Positions 8,742-17,418 of a stretch of 25,542 bases of DNA are shown here, piece after piece (position 1 is the stretch's first letter; the number at the start of each line of letters is the position of its first letter). Location of the stretch: assembly GCA_051117555.1 (NCBI GenBank), contig JBNPEG010000122.1:1-25542 (forward strand). Reading direction: 5' to 3'. The notes beneath the pieces were generated by a model that was given only the letters and a program-made list of their open reading frames with translations, had not been told where the DNA came from and did no database searches. Both the position numbers and the translations under genes were made by a program. Source of the stretch: Elainellaceae cyanobacterium. GTDB lineage: Bacteria > Cyanobacteriota > Cyanobacteriia > CAZCXK01.

Positions 8742-9203
8742 TCAGCAAGAAACGAGTGAATCTGCCCGTCTTAGCACGCGCAGATCTTCTTCGTCCAAAT
8801 CCACGGGCGCACCGCTACGAATCAATTCAGCGAAATCTTCATTCGGAACCATAATGCACAGCGCATAGAGGCGATTAACTCCCGTATTTTCGATGATATG
8901 AACTCCGTTGGGTGGCACTAACACGCTGTCCCCTGCCTGAATCGGAACGGTTTTACCATCACAGATCGCGAGTCCTTGCCCCTTGAGAATAAAAAACATT
9001 TCGACTGCAAGCCGATGACGATTGGGCGGCGTTTTGCCACCCACATCGAAAATCTCAACGCAAAACGTTAACGATATATTTGCAATCATCGGATCAAACA
9101 CAAGCGCTAATCGATTCGTATCATTTGGGCTGATCCGATAGGCTTGGTAATCGCCAGGCCCCTTAAAAATAGGGATTACGCACTGTGTCGAATCATCATC
9201 CAT
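8742..9203 (-). CDS. Cupin-domain protein
   Basis: Cupin motifs GGKTPPNRHRLAVEMFFILKGQG and AGDSVLVPPNGVHIIEN. ATG 9203 has GGAG upstream and lies 14 nt after the stop of the upstream hydrolase. Confidence 0.85.
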   Translation of the reverse strand: MDDDSTQCVIPIFKGPGDYQAYRISPNDTNRLALVFDPMIANISLTFCVEIFDVGGKTPPNRHRLAVEMFFILKGQGLAICDGKTVPIQAGDSVLVPPNGVHIIENTGVNRLYALCIMVPNEDFAELIRSGAPVDLDEEDLRVLRRADSLVSC

Positions 9204-9217
9204 TCGGTTATTCTCCA

Positions 9218-10000
9218 TTAGCACTGATTGTTTTGCTCTATCGCAGCTAACAATGCAGATGAGTCTGTAACAAAACCAAAGCACTGATTCACGTTGTAGA
9301 AAGTCGCTTGCAGACAATAATCAGGAGACGTGGTCGCGGTGCAGTCTCGGACCAAAATGCAGTCATAGCCCAGAAAATTGGCATCTTGAAGAGTCGCCAT
9401 GACGCACTGATCGGCATTGACTCCGCTAAAAAACAAGGTGGTTTTGCCTAGATTTCTCAAAATGCTGTCTAGCGGAGTATCCCAAAAGCCACTCATGCGA
9501 TATTTGTCAATGCAAATATCGTCAGGCGTTTGTTCGAGTTCATCGACTACTGCGGCTGCCCAGCTTCCTTTGGTTAGGACGGGGGCATGATTTTTGGGCA
9601 ACGGATCAGCAAGTCCAATCCCATCACCCGTTGGGTTGTAAACATGCCGTAACCCGGCGCTGATGTTCAACAAATCAGGACGATTGCCCCAGTTGAGCCA
9701 AATGATTGGAACATTGGCGGTTCTCAATTCGGGTAAAAGAGTTTTGAGAGGATAAATCGGATCGCGGGCAGGCATCACATCGACACCAATATGCGCCAGC
9801 CAACCGTCGGGATGGCAGAAGTCATTCTGCATATCCACGATAATCATGGCTGATTTAGACAAATCAAGCCGCAATGTTTTCGTTTCAGTTGCCACCTGAA
9901 TGGGGCGAGGGGCCAGGGGAGGACGAGTGATATCTGCAAGCTCTGCATCCACTGACCAAGCATTAGGAGGAATACCTAGGGTTCGGAGCGATCGCGCCAT
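9218..10000 (-). CDS. Isochorismatase-family cysteine hydrolase, RutB (ureidoacrylate amidohydrolase)-like
   Basis: Catalytic triad D (IVDMQNDF), K (DKYRMSGFWDT), C (GVNADQCV). C-terminal ATFYNVNQCFGFV resembles RutB (AALFNIETFFGWV). Start at ATG 10000 assumed; alternative 10057. Confidence 0.85.
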   Translation of the reverse strand: MARSLRTLGIPPNAWSVDAELADITRPPLAPRPIQVATETKTLRLDLSKSAMIIVDMQNDFCHPDGWLAHIGVDVMPARDPIYPLKTLLPELRTANVPIIWLNWGNRPDLLNISAGLRHVYNPTGDGIGLADPLPKNHAPVLTKGSWAAAVVDELEQTPDDICIDKYRMSGFWDTPLDSILRNLGKTTLFFSGVNADQCVMATLQDANFLGYDCILVRDCTATTSPDYCLQATFYNVNQCFGFVTDSSALLAAIEQNNQC

Positions 10001-10163
10001 AGCTTTCAATGTTTCTATCAATAGAGTATGAACAACTCGATGATGCAGACTACCCATGATGACTCTACTGCTGTAGTAATCTAAAAGAGCCCAGGTCTTC
10101 AGTAGTCATCATCACGTTGGAGACGTAAGACACGATAAATTAAGACATAAGTCGAGCCAGAAT

Positions 10164-10550
10164 TTATTCGCCGCAATAAACAATCAGATCGATTTCTACG
10201 TCTGCGAACCCGGCCAGGCCGGTTACGCCAATTGCCGTTCGGCAGGGAAGACCCGTTTCAAAATAAGCCGCATAGACTTTATTGACGGCCTCATAGTATC
10301 GAAAATCTGAGATGAAGACTCGTGCCATCACCACCTTTTCAAATTCTGCTTGCATGTGATCGAGCACGAGTTTGAGATTGTCCATCACTTGTTTGGTTTG
10401 GTCTTCGATCGGGCTTTTGATCACAGTCCCTGTTGCAGGATCTTCTGAAATTTGCCCAGTTACAAACAAAAAATCGCCTGCGCGAATGGCGTGGCAATAG
10501 GGAGCAACAGGCGGTAAGACATTGTTGGGTAGAGTGACACGCTCAAACAT
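10164..10550 (-). CDS. RidA/Rid (YjgF/YER057c/UK114) family enamine/imine deaminase
   Basis: PYCHAIRAGDFLFVTGQI, N.VY..YF, PCRTAIGV (catalytic Arg retained), DVEID. Confidence 0.92.
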   Translation of the reverse strand: MFERVTLPNNVLPPVAPYCHAIRAGDFLFVTGQISEDPATGTVIKSPIEDQTKQVMDNLKLVLDHMQAEFEKVVMARVFISDFRYYEAVNKVYAAYFETGLPCRTAIGVTGLAGFADVEIDLIVYCGE

Positions 10551-10608
10551 AGTAGATAGTTCCTGATAATGGTTAATTAAGGTTCAATCGCTAAATTATG
10601 GTGCTGGC

Positions 10609-12036
10609 GTGAATTATACAATTCAGAATGTTTTGATTGCGGTTAATGACGGATATGAATGCGTCGATGTGGGCATTGCAAATGACCGAATTGCAGCGAT
10701 CGCCCCCTCGTTGCCTCCCCAAGGGACACGGATCAATGGCGAACATAAACTGCTGCTGCCTGGATTTGTGAATGCTCACACCCATACCTCAGAAATGTGG
10801 CAGCGAGGGCTACTCGCGCCTCGACCTCTAGAACTTTGGATTCTAAATTTGAGCAATTCGGAACCGCTCACGCCTGACCAGGTGTATCTCAGTTCGTTAA
10901 GTATGGCGGTTGAGACGTTGCTGTCAGGGGGCACCACGATTTTGGATCATTTGGTTTTGATTGAGGGACGTGAGCATGAATCAATCAAGGCTGCTGCTCG
11001 TGCCTATCAGGAGGTGGGTATTCGAGCATTCATTGCACCCCTGATTCAAGATCAGCCCCTCTCCGCCGGGATTCCCTCCAGCGGTCGACCCATCACCCAT
11101 GAGCCGTATCCGCTAAGCGTGCAAGACAATCTAGAGATGATGCAAACGGCGATCGCCCAGTTTCATTCTCCCGATCATGGAATTAATATTGCCGTGGGGC
11201 CGACGGGGTTTCAGCTTTGCTCAGACGAACTCTTTGAAGGCTGTATCGAATTGAGCGATCGCCATCATCTGCGTCGCCATTGCCACCTGCTCGAAACCAA
11301 AGCACAGAAGCTTTTAGCACAGGAAAAATATGGCCATAGTGCAGTTGAGCATCTCAATAAACTCGGGTATCTCGGCGCACGCACGTCGCTAGCGCATTGT
11401 GTATGGCTAGAGGACGACGAAATTCAAATCATTGCAGAAACAGGTTCTACAGTTGTTCATAACCCTCTGAGTAACTTGCGGCTCGGCAGCGGCATTGCGC
11501 CCATTCTCAAATGTCGCCAAGCGGGAGTCAATGTGGCATTTGGCTGTGATGGACCTGCTAGCAACGATGGGCAAGATTTACTCGAAACCATCAAAATTGG
11601 CGCATTGCTGCACAGCACCACCGATTTAGACTACCGCAACTGGATCACTCCCCGCGAGGCTGTTGATATGGCGTCAATGGGTGGCGTCAAAGGTCTTGAT
11701 TTGGCAGATGAGTTGGGATCTGTGACAGTTGGCAAACGGGCTGATCTCGTGTTGTATGACCTGACGACTCTATCTCTACTACCACGGACTGATCCCATTG
11801 GGTTATTGGTTTTGGGACGACCTACACAGGCAGTCCATAGCGTGTGGGTGAATGGTAGACGGATTGTTGCAGATGGCAATGTCGTAACTGTAGATGTCGC
11901 CGGACTTAGACGGCAGTTGTTTGATCAAAGCCAGTGGCGCAAGCCGATTCCTGAATCGCCTGCTATTCAATCACTAGAGAATCATTACCGGGCTGCAATG
12001 GGGCTATCGCCTTCGAAAACTAATTTGGAGCAATGA
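10609..12036 (+). CDS. Metal-dependent amidohydrolase of the SsnA/AtzA/TrzA/MTA-SAH deaminase group
   Basis: PGFVNAHTH (HxH), HCHLLE (HxxE deaminase motif), LAHCVW, HNPLSNLRLGSG, GCDG, G.V.VGKRADL. GTG start. Confidence 0.92.
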   Translation: MNYTIQNVLIAVNDGYECVDVGIANDRIAAIAPSLPPQGTRINGEHKLLLPGFVNAHTHTSEMWQRGLLAPRPLELWILNLSNSEPLTPDQVYLSSLSMAVETLLSGGTTILDHLVLIEGREHESIKAAARAYQEVGIRAFIAPLIQDQPLSAGIPSSGRPITHEPYPLSVQDNLEMMQTAIAQFHSPDHGINIAVGPTGFQLCSDELFEGCIELSDRHHLRRHCHLLETKAQKLLAQEKYGHSAVEHLNKLGYLGARTSLAHCVWLEDDEIQIIAETGSTVVHNPLSNLRLGSGIAPILKCRQAGVNVAFGCDGPASNDGQDLLETIKIGALLHSTTDLDYRNWITPREAVDMASMGGVKGLDLADELGSVTVGKRADLVLYDLTTLSLLPRTDPIGLLVLGRPTQAVHSVWVNGRRIVADGNVVTVDVAGLRRQLFDQSQWRKPIPESPAIQSLENHYRAAMGLSPSKTNLEQ

Positions 12037-12129
12037 CACCCTCATCAAGGTTGCCAATGACCCGCTCGCAACCCTTCGTAATGTGACCTCAATTACTGAG
12101 GATGATTGTTAGAGCATCGCTGATTTCAG

Positions 12130-13086
12130 CTAATCCGATGGATATTCGGCGAAGCGATCGGTCGCGTCGATCAGAGCATTGCGAATCCCTGGTTCAGTCA
12201 TCGAATGACCCGCATCGGGGACGATAGTTAGTTTCGCGTCAGGCCAGGCTCGGTAAAGTTCCCAGGCTGTTTTCATGGGGCATACGACATCGTATCGCCC
12301 CTGCACGATTACAGCGGGGAGGTGGCGAATTCGGTCAATGTTTTTGAGTAACTGGTCTTCCGATTTGAGAAACCCTTTGTTGACGAAATAGTGGCATTCA
12401 ATCCGCGCAAAGGCATCCGCAAACTGGCTGCTTCGAAATCTCTCTTTGAGTGCCGAGTCGACAAACAGCTTGCTAGTGCCCCCTTCCCATACCGACCATG
12501 CTTGAGCAGCCTCTTGCCGTACGCGGGCATCGTCGCTGGTAAGCCGTTTGTAATAGGCTGACATGAGATCGTGGCGCTCGTCTTCCGGAATGGGGCGCAA
12601 GTATTCTTCCCAAGCATCTGGAAAGATGTAGCTGGCTCCCTCTTGATAAAACCAGCGCAGTTCGCTCTGGCGCAGCATAAAAATGCCTCGCAAAATCAGC
12701 CCGGTGCAGGACTCGGGGTGAGTTTGACTATATGCCAATGCGAGGGTGCTTCCCCAACTGCCACCAAAGACCGTCCATTTTTCAATGCCTAAGTGCGATC
12801 GCAGTCTTTCAATATCGTCTACCAAATGCCACGTCGTGTTTTCTCGTAGTTCAGAGGGTGGCATGCTGTGCCCACACCCTCGCTGGTCAAATAAAACGAG
12901 TCGCCATTTTGTGGGATCAAAGTATTGCCGATAGATTGTTTCGATGCCGCCTCCAGGACCTCCGTGCAGAAACACGGCAGGTTTGCCCTGAGGATTACCC
13001 ACCTCTTCAAAGTAAAGGGTATGAAGGTCAGACACCTTCAAAAAGCCTGTATTGTACGGTTCGATGGGGGGATATAGATCACGCAT
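12130..13086 (-). CDS. pip: Proline iminopeptidase (peptidase S33)
   Basis: MRDLYPPIEPY N-terminus, HGGPGGG, FDQRGCG, GGSWGS nucleophile, GRYDVVCP, AGHS. ATG at 13086. Confidence 0.96.
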   Translation of the reverse strand: MRDLYPPIEPYNTGFLKVSDLHTLYFEEVGNPQGKPAVFLHGGPGGGIETIYRQYFDPTKWRLVLFDQRGCGHSMPPSELRENTTWHLVDDIERLRSHLGIEKWTVFGGSWGSTLALAYSQTHPESCTGLILRGIFMLRQSELRWFYQEGASYIFPDAWEEYLRPIPEDERHDLMSAYYKRLTSDDARVRQEAAQAWSVWEGGTSKLFVDSALKERFRSSQFADAFARIECHYFVNKGFLKSEDQLLKNIDRIRHLPAVIVQGRYDVVCPMKTAWELYRAWPDAKLTIVPDAGHSMTEPGIRNALIDATDRFAEYPSD

Positions 13087-13108
13087 GGAGTGGTGTCTGG
13101 GATGAGGG

Positions 13109-14275
13109 TTAGAGTCGCGATTGAACAAACGAAGATAACCGTTCAAGTCCTCTATGGATGGTGTCTATATCAGTCGCATAGGAAAACCGGACGTGATCGT
13201 CTGCACCAAAGGCAACACCTGGAATTGCGGCAACTTGTTTTTCGTCTAATAGGGCTTCACAAAATTCAAGGGATGACAGTCCTGTTTTACTAATATTCGC
13301 GAACACATAGAAGGCACCCTTTGGTGTTTGGCAGGTCAATCCTGGCATTGAATTGAGCCCGTCGATGATCACCTGTCGTCGCGTCGCAAATGCAGATAAC
13401 ATCGTTTGCACGCAGTCCTGAGGCCCTTCATAGGCAGCGATCGCCCCATATTGAGCAAAGGTACACACGTTAGACGTACTGTGTCCCTGAAGAGATGAAA
13501 CTGCCTTGATAATAGGCTGTGGACCAGCCAAATATCCAATCCGCCAGCCCGTCATCGCATAGGCTTTGGCAAAGCCATTGCTGATCAGCGTACGGTTGTA
13601 AATGTCGGGACCAATGGCACCAATGCTCAAGTGCTCTGCGCCATCATATAGAATTTTTTCGTAGATTTCGTCTGAAACAACCCAAATATCGGTGTCTACG
13701 ATGACACGGGCGATCGCCCGGAGTTCGTCTGGGGTATACACCATCCCCGTGGGGTTGGAGGGTGAATTGAGAATCAATAATTTAGTTTGGGGGGTAATGG
13801 CGCGTCGAAGTTGCTCAGCGGTAATGCGCAGCCCGGTGGATGCATCGGTTTTAACAATCACCGGGGTTCCTCCGGCTAGCTTCACCATTTCGGGATAACT
13901 TAACCAATAGGGAGATGGAATGATGACCTCATCGCCAGGCTCAATAAGAACCTGAATCAGGTTGTAGAGGGACTGTTTTCCCCCATTGGTCACGATGATG
14001 TTATCAGGTCCATAGCACAGCGTATTGTCTTTCTGAAGCTTATCTGCGATCGCCTGTCTGAGCTTGGGCTCCCCCACTGCCGGACCATAGCGAGTCTTGC
14101 CCCGATCAAGCGCTTGCTTGGCAGCAGCACGAATATGTTCTGGCGTATCAAAATCTGGCTCGCCTGCGCTAAAGCTACATACATCGATACCATCTGCTTT
14201 CATCGCTTTCGCTTTCGCAGAAATTGCCAGCGTTAACGAAGGTGCAACGTTTTCAATTCGTGCTGCCAGTTTCAT
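13109..14275 (-). CDS. aspC: Aspartate aminotransferase (class I/II PLP-dependent)
   Basis: [39 protein letters not shown] (PLP lysine). Confidence 0.92.
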   Translation of the reverse strand: MKLAARIENVAPSLTLAISAKAKAMKADGIDVCSFSAGEPDFDTPEHIRAAAKQALDRGKTRYGPAVGEPKLRQAIADKLQKDNTLCYGPDNIIVTNGGKQSLYNLIQVLIEPGDEVIIPSPYWLSYPEMVKLAGGTPVIVKTDASTGLRITAEQLRRAITPQTKLLILNSPSNPTGMVYTPDELRAIARVIVDTDIWVVSDEIYEKILYDGAEHLSIGAIGPDIYNRTLISNGFAKAYAMTGWRIGYLAGPQPIIKAVSSLQGHSTSNVCTFAQYGAIAAYEGPQDCVQTMLSAFATRRQVIIDGLNSMPGLTCQTPKGAFYVFANISKTGLSSLEFCEALLDEKQVAAIPGVAFGADDHVRFSYATDIDTIHRGLERLSSFVQSRL

Positions 14276-14347
14276 AATTACCCCACAGTGTCATCCAATG
14301 CTGATCTAGTCACCATCCAGCTCGATAGCCTAGATATATGACTAACA

Positions 14348-14376
14348 TAAGGGACATAGCCGTCCTACGTCCCTTA
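14348..14376 (-). repeat. REP-like hairpin / possible terminator between fbaB and aspC
   Basis: Minus strand TAAGGGACGTAG-GACGG-CTATGTCCCTTA, 12-bp stem with one G-U pair. Confidence 0.5.
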
Positions 14377-14437
14377 ATACTATCCACCGCAACGAGCCGA
14401 TCAGCTCAGCGCTGCCAAATTTTAGTCCAATTAGGGC

Positions 14438-14459
14438 GTTCTGCCCGTCACAGCAGAAC
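14438..14459 (-). terminator. 3' hairpin immediately after the fbaB stop
   Basis: GTTCTGC...GCAGAAC inverted repeat 8 nt downstream of the stop. No U-tract on the minus strand. Confidence 0.35.
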
Positions 14460-14467
14460 AATTTTTG

Positions 14468-15559
14468 TCAGGCGATCGTCACATCAGAGGATAAATACAC
14501 ATCTTGAATGGCATGAAAGAGTTTAATGCCTTCTTCCATCGGGCGCTGGAATGTTTTACGCCCCGAAATTAATCCACAGCCCCCGGCACGCTTATTGATC
14601 ACGGCTGTACGTACGGCTTGAGCAAAGTCATTATCGCCTGACGACCCGCCCGAATTAATCAGCCCGGCCCGACCCGAATAGCAGTTAAGGACTTGATAGC
14701 GGGTCAAGTCAATGGGATGGTCGCTCGTCAACTCGGAGTATACCCGTTTGTCCGTTTTGCCATAACTCTGCCCTGTAGCCTGGGCAACCGCCCCGTAACC
14801 GTTGTTATTTTCGGGCTGCTTTTGCTTGATAATATCTGCTTCGAGCGTGACACCAAGATGGTTTGCCTGTCCAGTGAGGTCGGCAGACACTTGATAATCT
14901 TTATCCTGCTTAAACGCACTATTCCTCAAATAGCACCATAGAATAGTTGCCATGCCTAGTTCATGCGCTCGCGCAAATGCCCGACTCACGTCCTGAATTT
15001 GCCGAGTCGATTCTGGCGAACCAAAATAAATGGTAGCCCCTACAGCAACGGCTCCTAGGTTCCAAGCTTGCTCAACCGATCCAAACATAATTTGGTCGTA
15101 TTCATTGGGAAAGGTCAGCATTTCACTATGATTCAGCTTCACAATAAACGGAATCTTGTGAGCATACTTACGAGACACGCTGCCTAACACTCCGAGCGTG
15201 GTAGCAACTGCGTTACATTCTGCTGCGATCGCCAATTTGACAATATTCTCACTATCGAAATACAGCGGATTAGGCGCAAATGAGGCAGCCGCCGAATGCT
15301 CGATGCCCTGATCTACCGGCAAAATTGAAAGATATCCGGTATTGGCAAGCCGACCGCTGGAATAAAGCTGTTGCAGACTTCGCAATACTTGGGGCGAGCG
15401 GTCAGTCTGCATAAAAATGCGGTCAACCCAATCTGATCCGGGGAGATGGAGCATCTCTTTAGGAACTTTAGCCGTGTAAGACAATAAGCTTTCCGCTTCA
15501 TCACCGAGATAAGACTCAATCGACTGAGGTGCAGCTGATGCTGATACCGCTGTAACCAT
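14468..15559 (-). CDS. fbaB: Class I fructose-bisphosphate aldolase (FbaB/DhnA type)
   Basis: [37 protein letters not shown] (Schiff-base Lys), GLISGRK. GAGAGG RBS upstream. Confidence 0.96.
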   Translation of the reverse strand: MVTAVSASAAPQSIESYLGDEAESLLSYTAKVPKEMLHLPGSDWVDRIFMQTDRSPQVLRSLQQLYSSGRLANTGYLSILPVDQGIEHSAAASFAPNPLYFDSENIVKLAIAAECNAVATTLGVLGSVSRKYAHKIPFIVKLNHSEMLTFPNEYDQIMFGSVEQAWNLGAVAVGATIYFGSPESTRQIQDVSRAFARAHELGMATILWCYLRNSAFKQDKDYQVSADLTGQANHLGVTLEADIIKQKQPENNNGYGAVAQATGQSYGKTDKRVYSELTSDHPIDLTRYQVLNCYSGRAGLINSGGSSGDNDFAQAVRTAVINKRAGGCGLISGRKTFQRPMEEGIKLFHAIQDVYLSSDVTIA

Positions 15560-15576
15560 AGCAATTTTCCTCTCAA

Positions 15577-15653
15577 TTCAATCTTTAGTTCATCTTTAGT
15601 TCAATCTTTAGTTCAATCGTTGTAATTCAATCGTTGTAATTCAATCGTTGATA
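15577..15653. repeat. Compound tandem repeat: 3 x TTCA(A)TCTTTAG then 3 x TTCAATCGTTG(TAA/ATA)
   Basis: Units at 15577, 15589, 15600 (11-12 nt) and 15612, 15626, 15640 (14 nt), directly upstream of the fbaB RBS. Confidence 0.95.
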
Positions 15654-15866
15654 GTGCTCGACTTCAAAACCAATGCCGTTTACTCGATCCGCAACGCCAA
15701 TATTCTGATGAAAGATCCTCAAAAACACGTCGAATAAACCATAGTGCAGGCTTCTTTCCAACCTCAGACTAGCGCGAGCTCTTCCAAATCGGGGATGATT
15801 TTAGTAACAAAAATGGCTCGTTTATACGAATCAAATCAATTCAAAGACCACATTCAAGAACCAACT

Positions 15867-16238
15867 ATGGCGTTACAGTGCACCTCAGCATGGGTTACTC
15901 TTGCAACTCCTTTATTCGAGCCACTCGTACAGTTCTATGGCCAACTCCTAAACGCTTCCCCCCATCCCTATTTGCCGAATGCTTATGCCGAATTTCAAAT
16001 CGCGGGATTGCGTATCGGTATCTTTAACCCTAACTCTGAACACCGTGCCGAATTTGGCGATCCGGCTGGCGCAGCCATGAGCCTGTGCCTTGAAGTTGAC
16101 AATCTTGACGAGGCGATCGCTCGTGTGACAGCCCTTGGGTGCTCACTCCCCTACGGCATCTCAACAGCCTCTCATGGTCGAGAAGTCTACGCTTATGATC
16201 CTGCAGGCAATCGACTCATTCTTCATCAGTCTTTCTGA
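15867..16238 (+). CDS. VOC/glyoxalase/bleomycin-resistance family protein
   Basis: QFYGQLL, YAEFQIAGLRIGIF, SLCLEVDNLDEAI, HGREVYAYDPAGNRLILH. ATG 15867 preferred. Confidence 0.88.
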   Translation: MALQCTSAWVTLATPLFEPLVQFYGQLLNASPHPYLPNAYAEFQIAGLRIGIFNPNSEHRAEFGDPAGAAMSLCLEVDNLDEAIARVTALGCSLPYGISTASHGREVYAYDPAGNRLILHQSF

Positions 16239-16313
16239 AGATGTCTCAAACCGTCCAGCGATCACGCGTTGGCATGAATGTGCGATCGGCACAGACTACT
16301 TAGGCGGATATTT

Positions 16314-16347
16314 CATCTTGAAATACACAAAATTTGTGTATAAGATG
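16314..16347 (+). promoter_or_regulatory. Putative sigma70-type promoter with a perfect palindrome filling the spacer
   Basis: TTGAAA (16318-23), 17 bp, TAAGAT (16341-46). ATACACAAA-A-TTTGTGTAT (16323-41) is a perfect 9-1-9 dyad. Confidence 0.5.
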
Positions 16348-16569
16348 GTTAACAACTAAGCAAACCATACTCAACTAATAAATATTTCAAATAATAGCCG
16401 TTTGCCATTCCGTTATGGATAGGGATGGGGGGTGCAGGGCACAGATTCCTACACCACCAGGCTTAACTCAAGTGCATGCTGCTGCACGAGAACTGTGTGA
16501 GGTGTGTTGAAATCATGCGTTGATCTATCCCCAAAGCCGTCTTGGCTAAGAGCCCCAGGAGCAACCATC

Positions 16570-16800
16570 ATGAGCAACCAAAATCCATCGTCAGACAATT
16601 TCTGCCTGAGAATGGCAGGCTGGCTTGTTAAGGGAATCTACCTCGGTTCACTGTCGTTTATTGTGCTGCACCTTGTGCTGCTTCTGTGTGGATTCGAGCT
16701 TCCAACGGAAGCATTTATGGCCTTCCTAGGCCGAACAATTGTTGCCACCTTTGCTTTGTTTTTTGTAGGAGCCTGTTGGTCGGCACTCTTCGGTAAATAA
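16570..16800 (+). CDS. Hypothetical small membrane protein (76 aa, two hydrophobic segments)
   Basis: IYLGSLSFIVLHLVLLLCGF and FLGRTIVATFALFFVGACWSALF. No family recognised and the start is uncertain. Confidence 0.55.
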   Translation: MSNQNPSSDNFCLRMAGWLVKGIYLGSLSFIVLHLVLLLCGFELPTEAFMAFLGRTIVATFALFFVGACWSALFGK

Positions 16801-17141
16801 GGCGATATTCCAGATAGTACCTCCTCGCTTCTGATCGAGTCAGGGGCGATTTTTCGCCTGAGCCCGTAAAATTTAATGACCCACAAAATTAATCTAAAAA
16901 GTGTAAATAAATATCCACCTAAATTGACATATTAAATCCATATTAAAGTTCATAAAGATTCAGTAATGCATACCTCGCAAAATGGACATCTGAAAAGACA
17001 ATCTGCTATCATACTTGAATATGCATGAAGCCAATATTGGTATGATTTAATACCGATTGGGTTCAATTAAATTTGTGTGCTCAACTCCTCAGCTTAGGTT
17101 GCTGCCGGGAGTGGGCAATTTTTAATGACTGTATGCATTAA

Positions 17142-17390
17142 ATGTCGTCTAGTAATAAAAGAAACAAGTCAACTATGTCTGCTGCCAAAAAAAAGCGACT
17201 GAATTTAGACCTATCTCCTGAATCGTATGATTTGCTTCAAAAATTAGCGGATGAAGCAGGCAAAAACATGGCAGATGTGTTGCGTACTGGGCTAGCAATT
17301 TATGGAATTGCTCAAGAAGAAAAACAGAAGGGTCGAAGTTTGGCGATCGCCAAAGATGACAAAGTCGTTAAAGAAATTCTCATTCCCTGA
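17142..17390 (+). CDS. Ribbon-helix-helix (CopG-like) DNA-binding protein
   Basis: KRLNLDLS (ribbon), PESYDLLQKLADEAG (helix A), NMADVLRTGLAIY (helix B), then a beta-rich tail. Alternative start at 17175. Confidence 0.8.
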   Translation: MSSSNKRNKSTMSAAKKKRLNLDLSPESYDLLQKLADEAGKNMADVLRTGLAIYGIAQEEKQKGRSLAIAKDDKVVKEILIP

Positions 17391-17418
17391 AGGTATGTAT
17401 TACAACCTCATACAGACC

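Noticed and set aside
9218..10000. Assignment as biuret hydrolase (BiuH) or as bona fide rutB
   Set aside because: Lacks the BiuH-type GITTDVCV/MQGGVFG signature as I recall it. Resembles RutB but without rutA context, so no gene symbol was given.
10125..10138. NtcA-like site GTA-N8-TAA
   Set aside because: Mismatch in the TAC half-site and no properly spaced -10 element.
15577..15653. Possible CRISPR array
   Set aside because: Units are 11-14 nt, directly abutting, without spacers, and no cas genes are present.
16638..16886. 82-aa minus-strand ORF as a toxin partner for the RHH protein
   Set aside because: Antisense to the more plausible membrane-protein ORF, with no toxin motif and a weak start.
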